Of a stretch of 64,000 nucleotides of DNA, positions 1-8,370 are shown in pieces. The stretch's first letter is position 1. Each line of letters opens with the position of its first letter. Both the position numbers and the translations under genes were made by a program. The notes beneath the pieces were generated by a model. It was not told where the DNA came from, did not search any database, and saw nothing but the letters and a program-made list of their open reading frames with translations. This DNA comes from an uncultured Oscillospiraceae bacterium (GTDB taxonomy: Bacteria; Bacillota; Clostridia; Peptostreptococcales; Anaerovoracaceae), in NCBI GenBank assembly GCA_964619315.1, contig CAZUEH010000004.1:24285-88284 (forward strand). Direction: 5' to 3'.

Positions 1-257
1 ATCGGAATTCTAAGAAGAACTGTCTGTTTGCCATTCTTTCTCACTTCGTCAGCATAAGTCTTGATATTTTTAACTCTAGAGTCGGCAACGAAATCTACCG
101 CTGGATGGGTTGCTACCATATGTGTCATTTCTTTGTCTGCACAAAGGCCTTTGGTAACAATCATTAGGGAGCATTTGCCCTCTTCCTTGGTAATATGTGC
201 AACTGAATCTAGGTTCGCTTTTAATTTTTTCAAATCAATTACTAGTCTTGGGTACAT
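1..257 (-). CDS. orr: ornithine racemase-like PLP enzyme (alanine racemase N-terminal domain family); 5' part only, the gene runs off the left edge
   Basis: Not in the ORF track because it is edge-truncated. Manual minus-strand translation from the ATG at 255-257 gives MYPRLVIDLKKLKANLDSVAHITKEEGKCSLMIVTKGLCADKEM... An AGGAGG Shine-Dalgarno lies 8 nt upstream. It occupies the terminal position of the ornithine cluster, where orr sits in Clostridium sticklandii-type clusters. Confidence 0.55.
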   Translation of the reverse strand, partial: MYPRLVIDLKKLKANLDSVAHITKEEGKCSLMIVTKGLCADKEMTHMVATHPAVDFVADSRVKNIKTYADEVRKNGKQTVLLRIP

Positions 258-270
258 GTTGGAGTCCTCC

Positions 271-2037
271 TTATTCTTCACGGTATGGGCAATGTCTACG
301 TGTACAGTGTTTGCAATCATGGTTGCAATTAGGTTTACCATCTACTTCTCCACATGCTCTCATCACATGAGGGTTCGCTTCTTTTTTTGGTTCCTCTGTT
401 TTAGGTGCTTCTTCAAGAACATCTGCTGCTTTCTTTATTGAGCGATCTGCAAGCAGTGCTTCTCTTTTGGCAGCTTCAACTTCTTCTGCTGTAGCGCCTC
501 CGATAGCTTCAGGATTCTTGTACTCGCTCATGTCATATCCCATATCTTCCATTTCCTTGATGTGGGCAGCTCTTTCTTCTTCTTTTGCCTTGCTCATTTC
601 ATTAAGTCTTTGAAGTTCCTCAATAAACTGTGCCTTATTGGCCTTTTGGTCTTGCTCTTTTAACTCAACCTTAAGTGACTTGGCAAGAAGTTTAATCGCT
701 CCCGCTCTATGGGTTTTAGAAAGAACGCCTATAGATGCCATTATGTAATCGTTATCTACCAATATTTTAACGGCATCGCTCGGATAAAGTTTCATGCCTG
801 TTTCATTGTCTTTTGCAATCAACTCCATTAGTTCAACTCTATGAGGAAGGTGGGTAAGGGCGCCACCTGTTCCTACAATGTATTTGATTTGTGTTAAGTC
901 TTTGCCTTCTGCAAGTGTCTGTCTGCCTGAAGGTCCATATACATATCTGATTTCGCCTGCATGTCTTTCTACTGCTCTTAAAACAGCTTCTTTAGTCAGA
1001 CGCTCTGCCAGTTTGAATTCGTCCTCTGTCTTTGGAATTGCAACATAAGATTCCAGAGTTTTGTCTAAGTCTATATGCAACTCTGTGTCACATTCTTTTC
1101 TCAGTTTCTCTTCGCCGATAGATTCGATTACTTTCATTCTGTTTACATATACACCCAAGTCGCCTTCAACAGTTCTCTTTGCCTTTGGCTCAGGTGCAGT
1201 CAAAATTCTAGCTACTGCATCAGAATCTTCTGTTACTGCATGAACGTCAGTGGTTGCCCCACCTACGTCGATTACCATTACATCCCCTATGCAATCATAC
1301 AAAAGCTTAGTGCATTCCATAACTGCGCCAGGAGTTGGTATTATTGGCCCGCTTACCATGTCTCTAACATGTTCCATACCAGGAGCGTTAGTAATATGGT
1401 CTTCAAAGGCGTCTTGTATTACCTTTCTGCAAGGCTCTACATTAAGGGTATCTATTCTAGGATACACGTTATCTATTAGGTAAAGGTATTGGCCGCTTTC
1501 TTCATCAAAAATCAGCTTCATTTCATCTTGATTTTCTATGTTTCCAGCATATACAACAGGAGTTTTTAGGCCCATGTTTCTTATCATTTCTGCATTATAA
1601 ATAGCCGTATCTCTTTCGCCGTAGTCTACGCCGCCAGCAATTAAAATAAGATTAGGGTCAATTGACTTGATTCTCGCCAAGTCGGTTCTTCTAAGTTTTC
1701 CAACTGTTATGTCATGGATAATTCCGCCAGCCCCTAGCGCTGCCTCTTTTGCGGCCTTTGCAGTCATATCATAAACAAGACCGTGAACGGTCATTTTTAA
1801 TCCGCCTGCTGCCGAAGATGTTGCTACCATGTCGTCATATTCTAAGCTGTCGATGGACATTTTTTTGCACAAGTCATCTATCGCTCCTTGTAGTCCAATT
1901 CGCACATCGCCTTCAACTACTGACGTAGGTGCTTGCCCCTGTCCCCAGAAGCAAGGATTATCACTGGACAAATCCTTAAAGGCATTTACTACAGTGGTGG
2001 TGGATCCGATTTCTGCTACTAATACATCTACTTTCAT
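271..2037 (-). CDS. GlmL/MutL-family (ASKHA-like) putative reactivase of D-ornithine aminomutase, with a long charged linker and a Cys-rich C-terminal tail
   Basis: The 588 aa ORF has an N-terminal MKVDVLVAEIGSTTTVVNAF phosphate-1-like motif typical of glutamate mutase accessory protein GlmL/MutL. It lies between oraE and orr. The C-terminus reads ...CGEVDGKPNCNHDCKHCTRRHCPYREE. Confidence 0.7.
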   Translation of the reverse strand: MKVDVLVAEIGSTTTVVNAFKDLSSDNPCFWGQGQAPTSVVEGDVRIGLQGAIDDLCKKMSIDSLEYDDMVATSSAAGGLKMTVHGLVYDMTAKAAKEAALGAGGIIHDITVGKLRRTDLARIKSIDPNLILIAGGVDYGERDTAIYNAEMIRNMGLKTPVVYAGNIENQDEMKLIFDEESGQYLYLIDNVYPRIDTLNVEPCRKVIQDAFEDHITNAPGMEHVRDMVSGPIIPTPGAVMECTKLLYDCIGDVMVIDVGGATTDVHAVTEDSDAVARILTAPEPKAKRTVEGDLGVYVNRMKVIESIGEEKLRKECDTELHIDLDKTLESYVAIPKTEDEFKLAERLTKEAVLRAVERHAGEIRYVYGPSGRQTLAEGKDLTQIKYIVGTGGALTHLPHRVELMELIAKDNETGMKLYPSDAVKILVDNDYIMASIGVLSKTHRAGAIKLLAKSLKVELKEQDQKANKAQFIEELQRLNEMSKAKEEERAAHIKEMEDMGYDMSEYKNPEAIGGATAEEVEAAKREALLADRSIKKAADVLEEAPKTEEPKKEANPHVMRACGEVDGKPNCNHDCKHCTRRHCPYREE

Positions 2038-2057
2038 ATGCGTGCTTCCTTTCGTTT

Positions 2058-2531
2058 CTATAAATATCGCGCGTAAAAACTCATGGCTATAGGTTCATAC
2101 CCTAGCTTAGTATAAAAAGCTTTCGCTCCCGGATTAGTTTCTTCCGATTGGAACTGCAACCTCTTATATACGCTTTTTCTCGCGTAATCTTCAATTTCTT
2201 CCATAACTCTTCGCCCTAGGCCTTTGCCTTGATGGTCAGAGATTATGTATAAATCATCTATAATCAGTGCGTGACCCTCTGACCACACGCTAAAAATAGT
2301 CATCAGATTGGCAAATCCGATTGTCTCTCCATTTTCTTCAATCATGAAGAGCGTTATATATTCTGGTTTTTCCATAGCCTGGTCAAAAATATCTGCCAGC
2401 TCTTCATCTTTGGAAGTATCAATATGTCCCCACAAATTGTCGTCCTGTATCTCAAAGTCCATGAATTCTCTGTTTAGTCTAACCCATTTATTTCTATCTT
2501 CTTGTTTAGCCTTGCGTAACATTTCATTCAC
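2058..2531 (-). CDS. GNAT family N-acetyltransferase
   Basis: The 157 aa ORF carries an acetyl-CoA binding motif A, QGKGLGRRVM. The SD GGAGTG precedes the ATG. Confidence 0.7.
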   Translation of the reverse strand: MNEMLRKAKQEDRNKWVRLNREFMDFEIQDDNLWGHIDTSKDEELADIFDQAMEKPEYITLFMIEENGETIGFANLMTIFSVWSEGHALIIDDLYIISDHQGKGLGRRVMEEIEDYARKSVYKRLQFQSEETNPGAKAFYTKLGYEPIAMSFYARYL

Positions 2532-2552
2532 TCCTTTCCAAAATACTCATTT

Positions 2553-2588
2553 TTGAAAAAAGGGGCCGGGCAAACAAGCCCAGCCCCT
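2553..2588 (-). terminator. intrinsic terminator downstream of oraE
   Basis: The minus strand reads AGGGGCTGGGC-TTGTTT-GCCCGGCCCCT followed by TTTTTTC. This is a GC-rich 11 bp stem. Confidence 0.6.
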
Positions 2589-2653
2589 TCAAAGTCTAAC
2601 TTTTTGAGCTTCTTTCGATGCTCTTCGCTTTTCACTAATGTGTTAAGCGGTTA

Positions 2654-4864
2654 TTATCTGTCGCCTCTTCTTCTCTGTCTTTCTTCTGCTAAGAAAGTTG
2701 CAACGTCGATACCGTGAGAGTTTCTTCCGAATCCCATGTCGATACCTGTCTTAACAGCTTCTTCAGGAATAACCTGAGTTCCGCCTGCGCAAAGGATAAC
2801 ATCATCTCTGATGCCCTTTTCAACGCATAGTTCATGAATTCTCTTCATGTTCTTGTAGTGAACGTTGTCGTGAGAAATGATAGTTGAGCAAAGGATTGCA
2901 CCAGCATTTTCTTCGATACAAGCGTCAACCATCTTTTCAACAGGAACGGAAGTTCCAAGGTAGATACATTCAATACCCCACTTTTCAATTCCGCCATGCT
3001 TAATGTTGATGATTTCTCTCATACCTACTGAATGCTCGTCTTCGCCTACAGTACCGCAGATAACTTTCATGTGCTCATGACCTTCGAACTCATCATATAG
3101 TTCTTTGTCAGTCATGTAATGTGGTTCAGGTGGAATTACAAGAGTAGTTAAGTCGATATCGAAATCAACTCTTCCCTTTAACTCGATTCTTGTACCTTCA
3201 GCATCCTGCATTACTTCTGCAGAAATTACTTCAGGGTCAACCAAGCCAATCTTTCTACCTAACTCAACAGCAGCAGCCTCTGCAACTCTCTTGTTGATTG
3301 GAAGCATCATTGTCATCATAACAACTCTGTCGCCACACCATTCAACTTCTGGAGTGATAATTTTGCCAGTTCTGTATTTAGCAACCTTTTCAAGTCTTGC
3401 TTCTACGTTATCATCGTCAAATTCGTCGATGTAAACGATCTTGCTTCTGTCTTCGAAAGTACATCCGCCGATTAATGCTGCAGGATCTTCAGGGTTTCCG
3501 CCGCACTGTTCTACGTTGTTGTATCCGTAGTGAGCAGTTACAGGAGCCATGTAGTCTTCATCTCTTTCGAAAATGAATCCATAGCCTACGCCGCCTTCGA
3601 TCTTTCTTGCAATACCGTCGCCGTTTCTTTCAGGATACTTAGCTGAGTCAACGAAGAATCCGTCTTGTACTGCCTGGAAGTATCCACCGTTTTCAACGAT
3701 TTCTTCCATGAACAGGCAAGCTCTTTCTTTAAGATCTCTTGCTGTTTCTCTTAAAGGTCCTTCATTCTTAAGTTCAACCATGTCCATAAGACCATCTAAT
3801 CCGATCAAAGTCTGCTTCGCAGTGTCGCAAGCTTCGATGTTGTAGATATGCCAAGGAACGTTTCTTCCTTCGTCTGGAGTGATAGTTGACTGGATATCAG
3901 CTCTTGTAAGTTTTGAGATAAGCATGTTCAGTACGTGAGTAACTGTAGCTTCTCTTGCTGAGGACTGGATGTACTTAGTGTTCATCTGAGCTCTCATCTT
4001 ATATCTGTCGCAAATGTCTCTCAAAGCAACTGCATAAGGTAGATCCATGTAAACGCATGGAGCTGGAGTTGCTGTAGGAGGTACTGTTGACAGTGAAATG
4101 TTTTCTGGCTTAATACCTACTTTTTCGGAGAATCTGGAGTTGATAGCATGCTGAACGATAAGTTCAGGCATTACTTTCCAAGCTTCTCTTGCAGTAGCGT
4201 TAGCATTGTGTGCTCCGTCTATCTGTAGGATGTTTGCCCATGCCATGATTTTCTTGGATTCGCAAGCATCTACGAAAGATCTTACACAGTTAATATCTCT
4301 GTAAAGTACGTTGTACTGAGGATCCTGATGCGCACCGTTTACGCCTTCTTCAGCGAATAGTACTGCAACGTCTGGTCCAGCAACGCCGGAGATATATGAA
4401 TGGTAGTTAATTGGACGACCAACTTCGTCTTCAATTAGGTCTACAGCTTTTCTCTGTGCACGAAGTTGTTTTCTTGTGATAGGAACACCACCGATACCCT
4501 GAGGAGTACCTTCCATTAGTCCATCGATATGGGACTGACCCATATGTCTGATAACCATTAGGTGATCCGCACCGTGCCATGCTCCCATTCTCATTCTTCT
4601 GATATCATCTTCAAATCTTCCGGAAGCGATTTCAGTAGTGATAGTCTGCATAGGCTGTGGATCTACATCTTCCATGAACTTTGCTGGAGGAAGTGGAACG
4701 CTCTGCTTCAAAGGCTTTGATATTTCATGATACTCAAAAGGTCCCATGTTCTGATCTTCAGCTTTTTCTCTCCAGATCCATCCTCTTCTTCTTGGTTCAT
4801 ATTTGTCAAGGTCTTTAAGAATATTGACAATATCTAACTTTTCGTTTCTTTTTAACTCTGTCAT
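2654..4864 (-). CDS. oraE: D-ornithine 4,5-aminomutase, large (beta, B12/PLP-binding) subunit
   Basis: The 736 aa size matches and the C-terminus has a B12-binding Rossmann-like region. The gene is translationally coupled to the 121 aa small subunit and sits in the ord-ortAB-oraSE cluster. Confidence 0.85.
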   Translation of the reverse strand: MTELKRNEKLDIVNILKDLDKYEPRRRGWIWREKAEDQNMGPFEYHEISKPLKQSVPLPPAKFMEDVDPQPMQTITTEIASGRFEDDIRRMRMGAWHGADHLMVIRHMGQSHIDGLMEGTPQGIGGVPITRKQLRAQRKAVDLIEDEVGRPINYHSYISGVAGPDVAVLFAEEGVNGAHQDPQYNVLYRDINCVRSFVDACESKKIMAWANILQIDGAHNANATAREAWKVMPELIVQHAINSRFSEKVGIKPENISLSTVPPTATPAPCVYMDLPYAVALRDICDRYKMRAQMNTKYIQSSAREATVTHVLNMLISKLTRADIQSTITPDEGRNVPWHIYNIEACDTAKQTLIGLDGLMDMVELKNEGPLRETARDLKERACLFMEEIVENGGYFQAVQDGFFVDSAKYPERNGDGIARKIEGGVGYGFIFERDEDYMAPVTAHYGYNNVEQCGGNPEDPAALIGGCTFEDRSKIVYIDEFDDDNVEARLEKVAKYRTGKIITPEVEWCGDRVVMMTMMLPINKRVAEAAAVELGRKIGLVDPEVISAEVMQDAEGTRIELKGRVDFDIDLTTLVIPPEPHYMTDKELYDEFEGHEHMKVICGTVGEDEHSVGMREIINIKHGGIEKWGIECIYLGTSVPVEKMVDACIEENAGAILCSTIISHDNVHYKNMKRIHELCVEKGIRDDVILCAGGTQVIPEEAVKTGIDMGFGRNSHGIDVATFLAEERQRRRGDR

Positions 4865-5229
4865 TACTTCTTACCTCCCTTGAAATCTTCTACTAACTTG
4901 TCCCAACCTTCGCCTTTAGCTAATTTAATGCTAGCGTCTCTGATTGAAATGTTTTCCATTTTTGACAATTTGTAAACACAATGTCCACATCCCTTACCCA
5001 TCAAACCATGGTCAATTGCGTGGTTAACGATAGGCATACAATCTAGGGAAGAAACTCCCATTCTCAAAAGAACGGATCTTTCTACTGAAGGAGTTGTGTT
5101 CTTTTTGCCTAATTCAAGAAGCGGTTCAACAACTTTGTCAGTTAGCTCCCAAAATCTTGCATAAAGTTCTTCGTCAGTAAGGTTTGCAATATGCTTTCTT
5201 CTTACTTCGAAATCATCATCTCTTCTCAT
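4864..5229 (-). CDS. oraS: D-ornithine 4,5-aminomutase, small (alpha) subunit
   Basis: A 121 aa ORF lies immediately upstream of oraE and overlaps it by 1 nt. Size and position match OraS. Confidence 0.8.
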   Translation of the reverse strand: MRRDDDFEVRRKHIANLTDEELYARFWELTDKVVEPLLELGKKNTTPSVERSVLLRMGVSSLDCMPIVNHAIDHGLMGKGCGHCVYKLSKMENISIRDASIKLAKGEGWDKLVEDFKGGKK

Positions 5230-5248
5230 CCTAATTTCTCCTTTATTT

Positions 5249-6652
5249 TTACAGTTCTGCTACAGTCTTCTTAACGAATTCAACGTCAGTTTTTGTTTCT
5301 TCTGCCAAGAATTTAAAGTCTGCATCTGTAAGTTCAGTACCAGCTTTTTTAACAGCCTTTTTAATCAATGAACGTCTGAAACGGTTAATGTCAGCTTCTT
5401 TGTACTTGATTAGGCTAGGGTCTGTAGGAAGAATAATGTTTTCACCAGGCTTATCTTCTACTGGATCACCGAATCTAAGGTCGATTCCGTTTTCTCTTGC
5501 GAAGTCAAGCTGAGGCTGAATGTGCTTACCTGCTCCTGTGTATTCAGTTTCACTTACTACGATGATAGCATCTTCCGGTAATTCCTGAGCTAGTGAAAAT
5601 GCTGCTGCTACTGCTGTATTTCCTGCTGGTCCTCTTTCAAGACCTTCAAGGTTAGCTAAAGCTTCTGTAATGTACATTACTTCACCCTGAGTTGTAGTTA
5701 CATATCTGTCCATGTAACGAAGAGGTCTAGCTGCACTTCTTGGAACGTCTGAATGGTCTGGATCTGTTGCATAAGGAACACCAAATCCTGTGTGACCTGT
5801 TGTGCATGACTTCTTGTTGAACTGAGTATCGGAAGCCATGTGTAGTCCTGTTAAGTCGATGGAAGCAGCGATTACTTCTGTGTTAGCGCATCCTGCTTTG
5901 ATAAGACCACGAGCAGTACCTGTAGTCATTCCGCCACCTGCTGTAGTACATACTACCATTTCAGGATCTTTTCCATATCTTTCACGGCATTCCATAGCGA
6001 TTTCGTAACCTAAAGTTTCTACGCCAGCAATACCAAATGGTGAGTATAATGAAGCGTTGAAGTAACCTGTATCTTCTAATACTGATAAGAATGTGTAGAA
6101 TAATTCAGGTCCTACTGTAAGCTGAATAACTTCTGCTCCTAAAGCTTCGCATTTTCTTGCTTTTTCAACGATTTCAGGTTGGCCAACTCCACGGGAGTCA
6201 TAGCATTCCTGAACGATGATGCACTGAAGACCCTGCATTGCTGCCTGGGATGCTACTGCTGCACCGTAGTTACCGGAAGTAGCAGCGATAACGCCTTTGT
6301 AGCCTGCATTCTTAGCATGTGCAACTGCACAAGCAGCTCTTCTGTCCTTAAAGCTTCCGGATGGGTTAGCAGCTTCATCCTTAACAAGGATTGTTGCACC
6401 ATATCCAGGCTTTGCATATTTTCTAGCAAGAGCTGAAATGTTTGTAAGTTCTAATAGTGGAGTGTTTCCTACTCCTGTTCTTGACTGAATTCTGTTGATT
6501 TCGTCAAGAGTATATCCTGTAGCTTTCATAAGACCATCGTAGTCAAATATTGTGCCACCTTTTTCAAATTCGCCGTAGTCAAGTCCTAATGCTTTTTTCA
6601 TTATGTCGTTGGATCTTCCCATTACGGACTGATAATCTTTTGCTAATGTCAT
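5249..6652 (-). CDS. ortB: 2-amino-4-ketopentanoate thiolase, beta (PLP-dependent) subunit
   Basis: The 467 aa ORF has a tryptophan-synthase-beta-like PLP fold with the motif NPSGSFKDRRA. It is coupled to ortA upstream. Confidence 0.8.
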   Translation of the reverse strand: MTLAKDYQSVMGRSNDIMKKALGLDYGEFEKGGTIFDYDGLMKATGYTLDEINRIQSRTGVGNTPLLELTNISALARKYAKPGYGATILVKDEAANPSGSFKDRRAACAVAHAKNAGYKGVIAATSGNYGAAVASQAAMQGLQCIIVQECYDSRGVGQPEIVEKARKCEALGAEVIQLTVGPELFYTFLSVLEDTGYFNASLYSPFGIAGVETLGYEIAMECRERYGKDPEMVVCTTAGGGMTTGTARGLIKAGCANTEVIAASIDLTGLHMASDTQFNKKSCTTGHTGFGVPYATDPDHSDVPRSAARPLRYMDRYVTTTQGEVMYITEALANLEGLERGPAGNTAVAAAFSLAQELPEDAIIVVSETEYTGAGKHIQPQLDFARENGIDLRFGDPVEDKPGENIILPTDPSLIKYKEADINRFRRSLIKKAVKKAGTELTDADFKFLAEETKTDVEFVKKTVAEL

Positions 6653-6954
6653 TATTTGTCACCTCCGACCATAACGTCTCTAAGCTGTCTGTCGATTTCA
6701 ATAATCTCAGGTACGAACTTGCCGTAGCTGTGAGTATAATAAGGGCCTACTTCAATCAAAGTACCTTTTTCAAGACGGTTTACTGCAGTTTTAACTGTAA
6801 CAACGTCACCGATTTCAGCAGTTTCTTCCTGTAAGAAACCTTTTGTCCACATTTGTAAATCACATTTCTGTGTGTCTTCAGGTAGCTTTGCTGTTCTTTC
6901 TTCCGCTTTTAAAACGATAGAATGAATACGCACCCAATCACCTTTTTTAGCCAT
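6652..6954 (-). CDS. ortA: 2-amino-4-ketopentanoate thiolase, alpha subunit
   Basis: I trimmed the ORF-track start at 7011 to the ATG at 6952-6954 (MAKKGDWVRIH...). That ATG has a GGAGAA SD 8 nt upstream. The product is about 100 aa and the stop overlaps the ortB start. Confidence 0.7.
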   Translation of the reverse strand: MAKKGDWVRIHSIVLKAEERTAKLPEDTQKCDLQMWTKGFLQEETAEIGDVVTVKTAVNRLEKGTLIEVGPYYTHSYGKFVPEIIEIDRQLRDVMVGGDK

Positions 6955-7035
6955 TTTAAATTTTCTCCTTTTTTGTAAATTACGCCCGTAAGAATATTCC
7001 TGCGGGCGCAACTAAAGACTTCGTAGTTTGATTAA

Positions 7036-8094
7036 TTATTTTACGATTTTCTTATCTTCGTTAATAAGGTTTCTCATGTCGCCCATGATTGCTCTTGGAA
7101 TAGGAAGAGTAATCATAGTATGTAGTCCAGCTTCAGCATTGATAACCTGAGGAATCATGTTAGCGCACATAGCGATAGTTCCAAGGCCACCTTCAACTTC
7201 TGGAGTGTTTAGCATGTTTACGTTTGGAGTACCCTTGATGATTACATAGTCACCAGTAGTTACGCCAACCTGTTCAGGTTCGATCTGCTGTGGATGTTCC
7301 ATTCTAACTTTCATTCCGTTGCTTAGTACAGCATCAGCTTCCATTGCAACGCCTGCGCATGAACCAGCAGCAGCGAATCCATGAGGGGATTTTCTGTCTA
7401 CATCAGTAGTGATAGGGTTCATGTCCTGTGAGAATTCGTCCATAGTTAGTCCCAAGCCTTCAGCGATCATGCCAGCGGATTCAGCGAATCCAACGTGACC
7501 GGACATAGTTCCGTTAGCTTTTCTTTCTGTGAATTCTTCTACGGAGATACCAATTCCCTGTTCTTCCATAACAGCTGGTCCGAAAGGTGATAGGGAGTTA
7601 ACTCTTCTTGAAAGGATGTGTTCAACATCTACCATACAACCTGTCATAACTAGTACCAAAAGGTCCATGATATGTCCAGGGTTGATGCCTGTTCCTAGGC
7701 AAGAAACGCCATTAGCTTTAGCGATCTTATCTAGTTCTTCAGCCAATTCAGGATTCTGAGCCTTAGGGTAAGCCATTTCTTCAGCAGAAGTGATTACGTT
7801 GATTCCCTGTTCCATTATGAACTTTAGTCTTGGGAATGCTGTCTTTGTGAATGAGTCTGTGCAAAGCAATACGATGTCTGCTGCACCTGGTTTAATTAGT
7901 TCTTCAGCATCCTGAATAAGAACGTCAGGTCTGTTTCCTCTTTCAGTTTTGATGTAGTCATACATTGAAGTGCCAATTTTCTTGCCTCTTCCTGCAACGC
8001 CTACGATTTCAACGCCTTTTTTCTGAAGCAGCATGTCTGCCATTCCGCCGCCCATAGCGCCAAGTCCCCAGATAATTACTTTTACTTCTTTCAT
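7036..8094 (-). CDS. ord: 2,4-diaminopentanoate dehydrogenase
   Basis: The 352 aa ORF has an N-terminal Rossmann motif IIWGLGAMGGG. It is the first gene after the sigma-54 promoter in the ornithine cluster. Confidence 0.8.
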   Translation of the reverse strand: MKEVKVIIWGLGAMGGGMADMLLQKKGVEIVGVAGRGKKIGTSMYDYIKTERGNRPDVLIQDAEELIKPGAADIVLLCTDSFTKTAFPRLKFIMEQGINVITSAEEMAYPKAQNPELAEELDKIAKANGVSCLGTGINPGHIMDLLVLVMTGCMVDVEHILSRRVNSLSPFGPAVMEEQGIGISVEEFTERKANGTMSGHVGFAESAGMIAEGLGLTMDEFSQDMNPITTDVDRKSPHGFAAAGSCAGVAMEADAVLSNGMKVRMEHPQQIEPEQVGVTTGDYVIIKGTPNVNMLNTPEVEGGLGTIAMCANMIPQVINAEAGLHTMITLPIPRAIMGDMRNLINEDKKIVK

Positions 8095-8153
8095 CTTAGC
8101 TTCTCCTTTTTTTAATAAAGATTTAGTTTAAAGTTTTAACTGCCTATATATAA

Positions 8154-8169
8154 AGCAAGGTCCGTGCCA
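8154..8169 (-). promoter_or_regulatory. sigma-54 (-24/-12) promoter of the ord operon
   Basis: The minus strand reads TTGGCACGGACCTTGCTT, which matches YTGGCACGrNNNTTGCW at every specified position. It lies about 60 nt upstream of the ord ATG and a sigma-54 activator gene is adjacent. Confidence 0.8.
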
Positions 8170-8332
8170 ACAAATACTTGGATATTGTATACTTATTCTC
8201 CGCGTTTTTGTGATTTTTTCACCGTGACCCACGCATTTATACCTACTTTTTTGTGAATTCGCCCAAATTATTGCTTGTTTGGGTTTTTATGTGTTTTTTT
8301 GTCTCAAACTTGCATTATTTTACAGCGTTTGA

Positions 8333-8370
8333 TGCAAATATTTTTGCTTAAATAGTGCAAATATTTTTGC
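8333..8370. promoter_or_regulatory. two copies of the 15-mer TGCAAATATTTTTGC (inverted repeat GCAAA-N4-TTTGC); candidate enhancer (UAS) for the sigma-54 activator
   Basis: Exact copies lie at 8333-8347 and 8356-8370, with starts 23 bp apart. They sit about 165-215 bp upstream of the -24/-12 element. The second copy abuts the activator stop codon. Confidence 0.5.

Noticed and set aside
6955-7011. Upstream extension of ortA (MRPQEYSYGRNLQKRRKFK...)
   Set aside because: The internal ATG at 6952-6954 has a proper SD and gives the expected protein of about 100 aa. The extension lies in the ord-ortA intergenic spacer.
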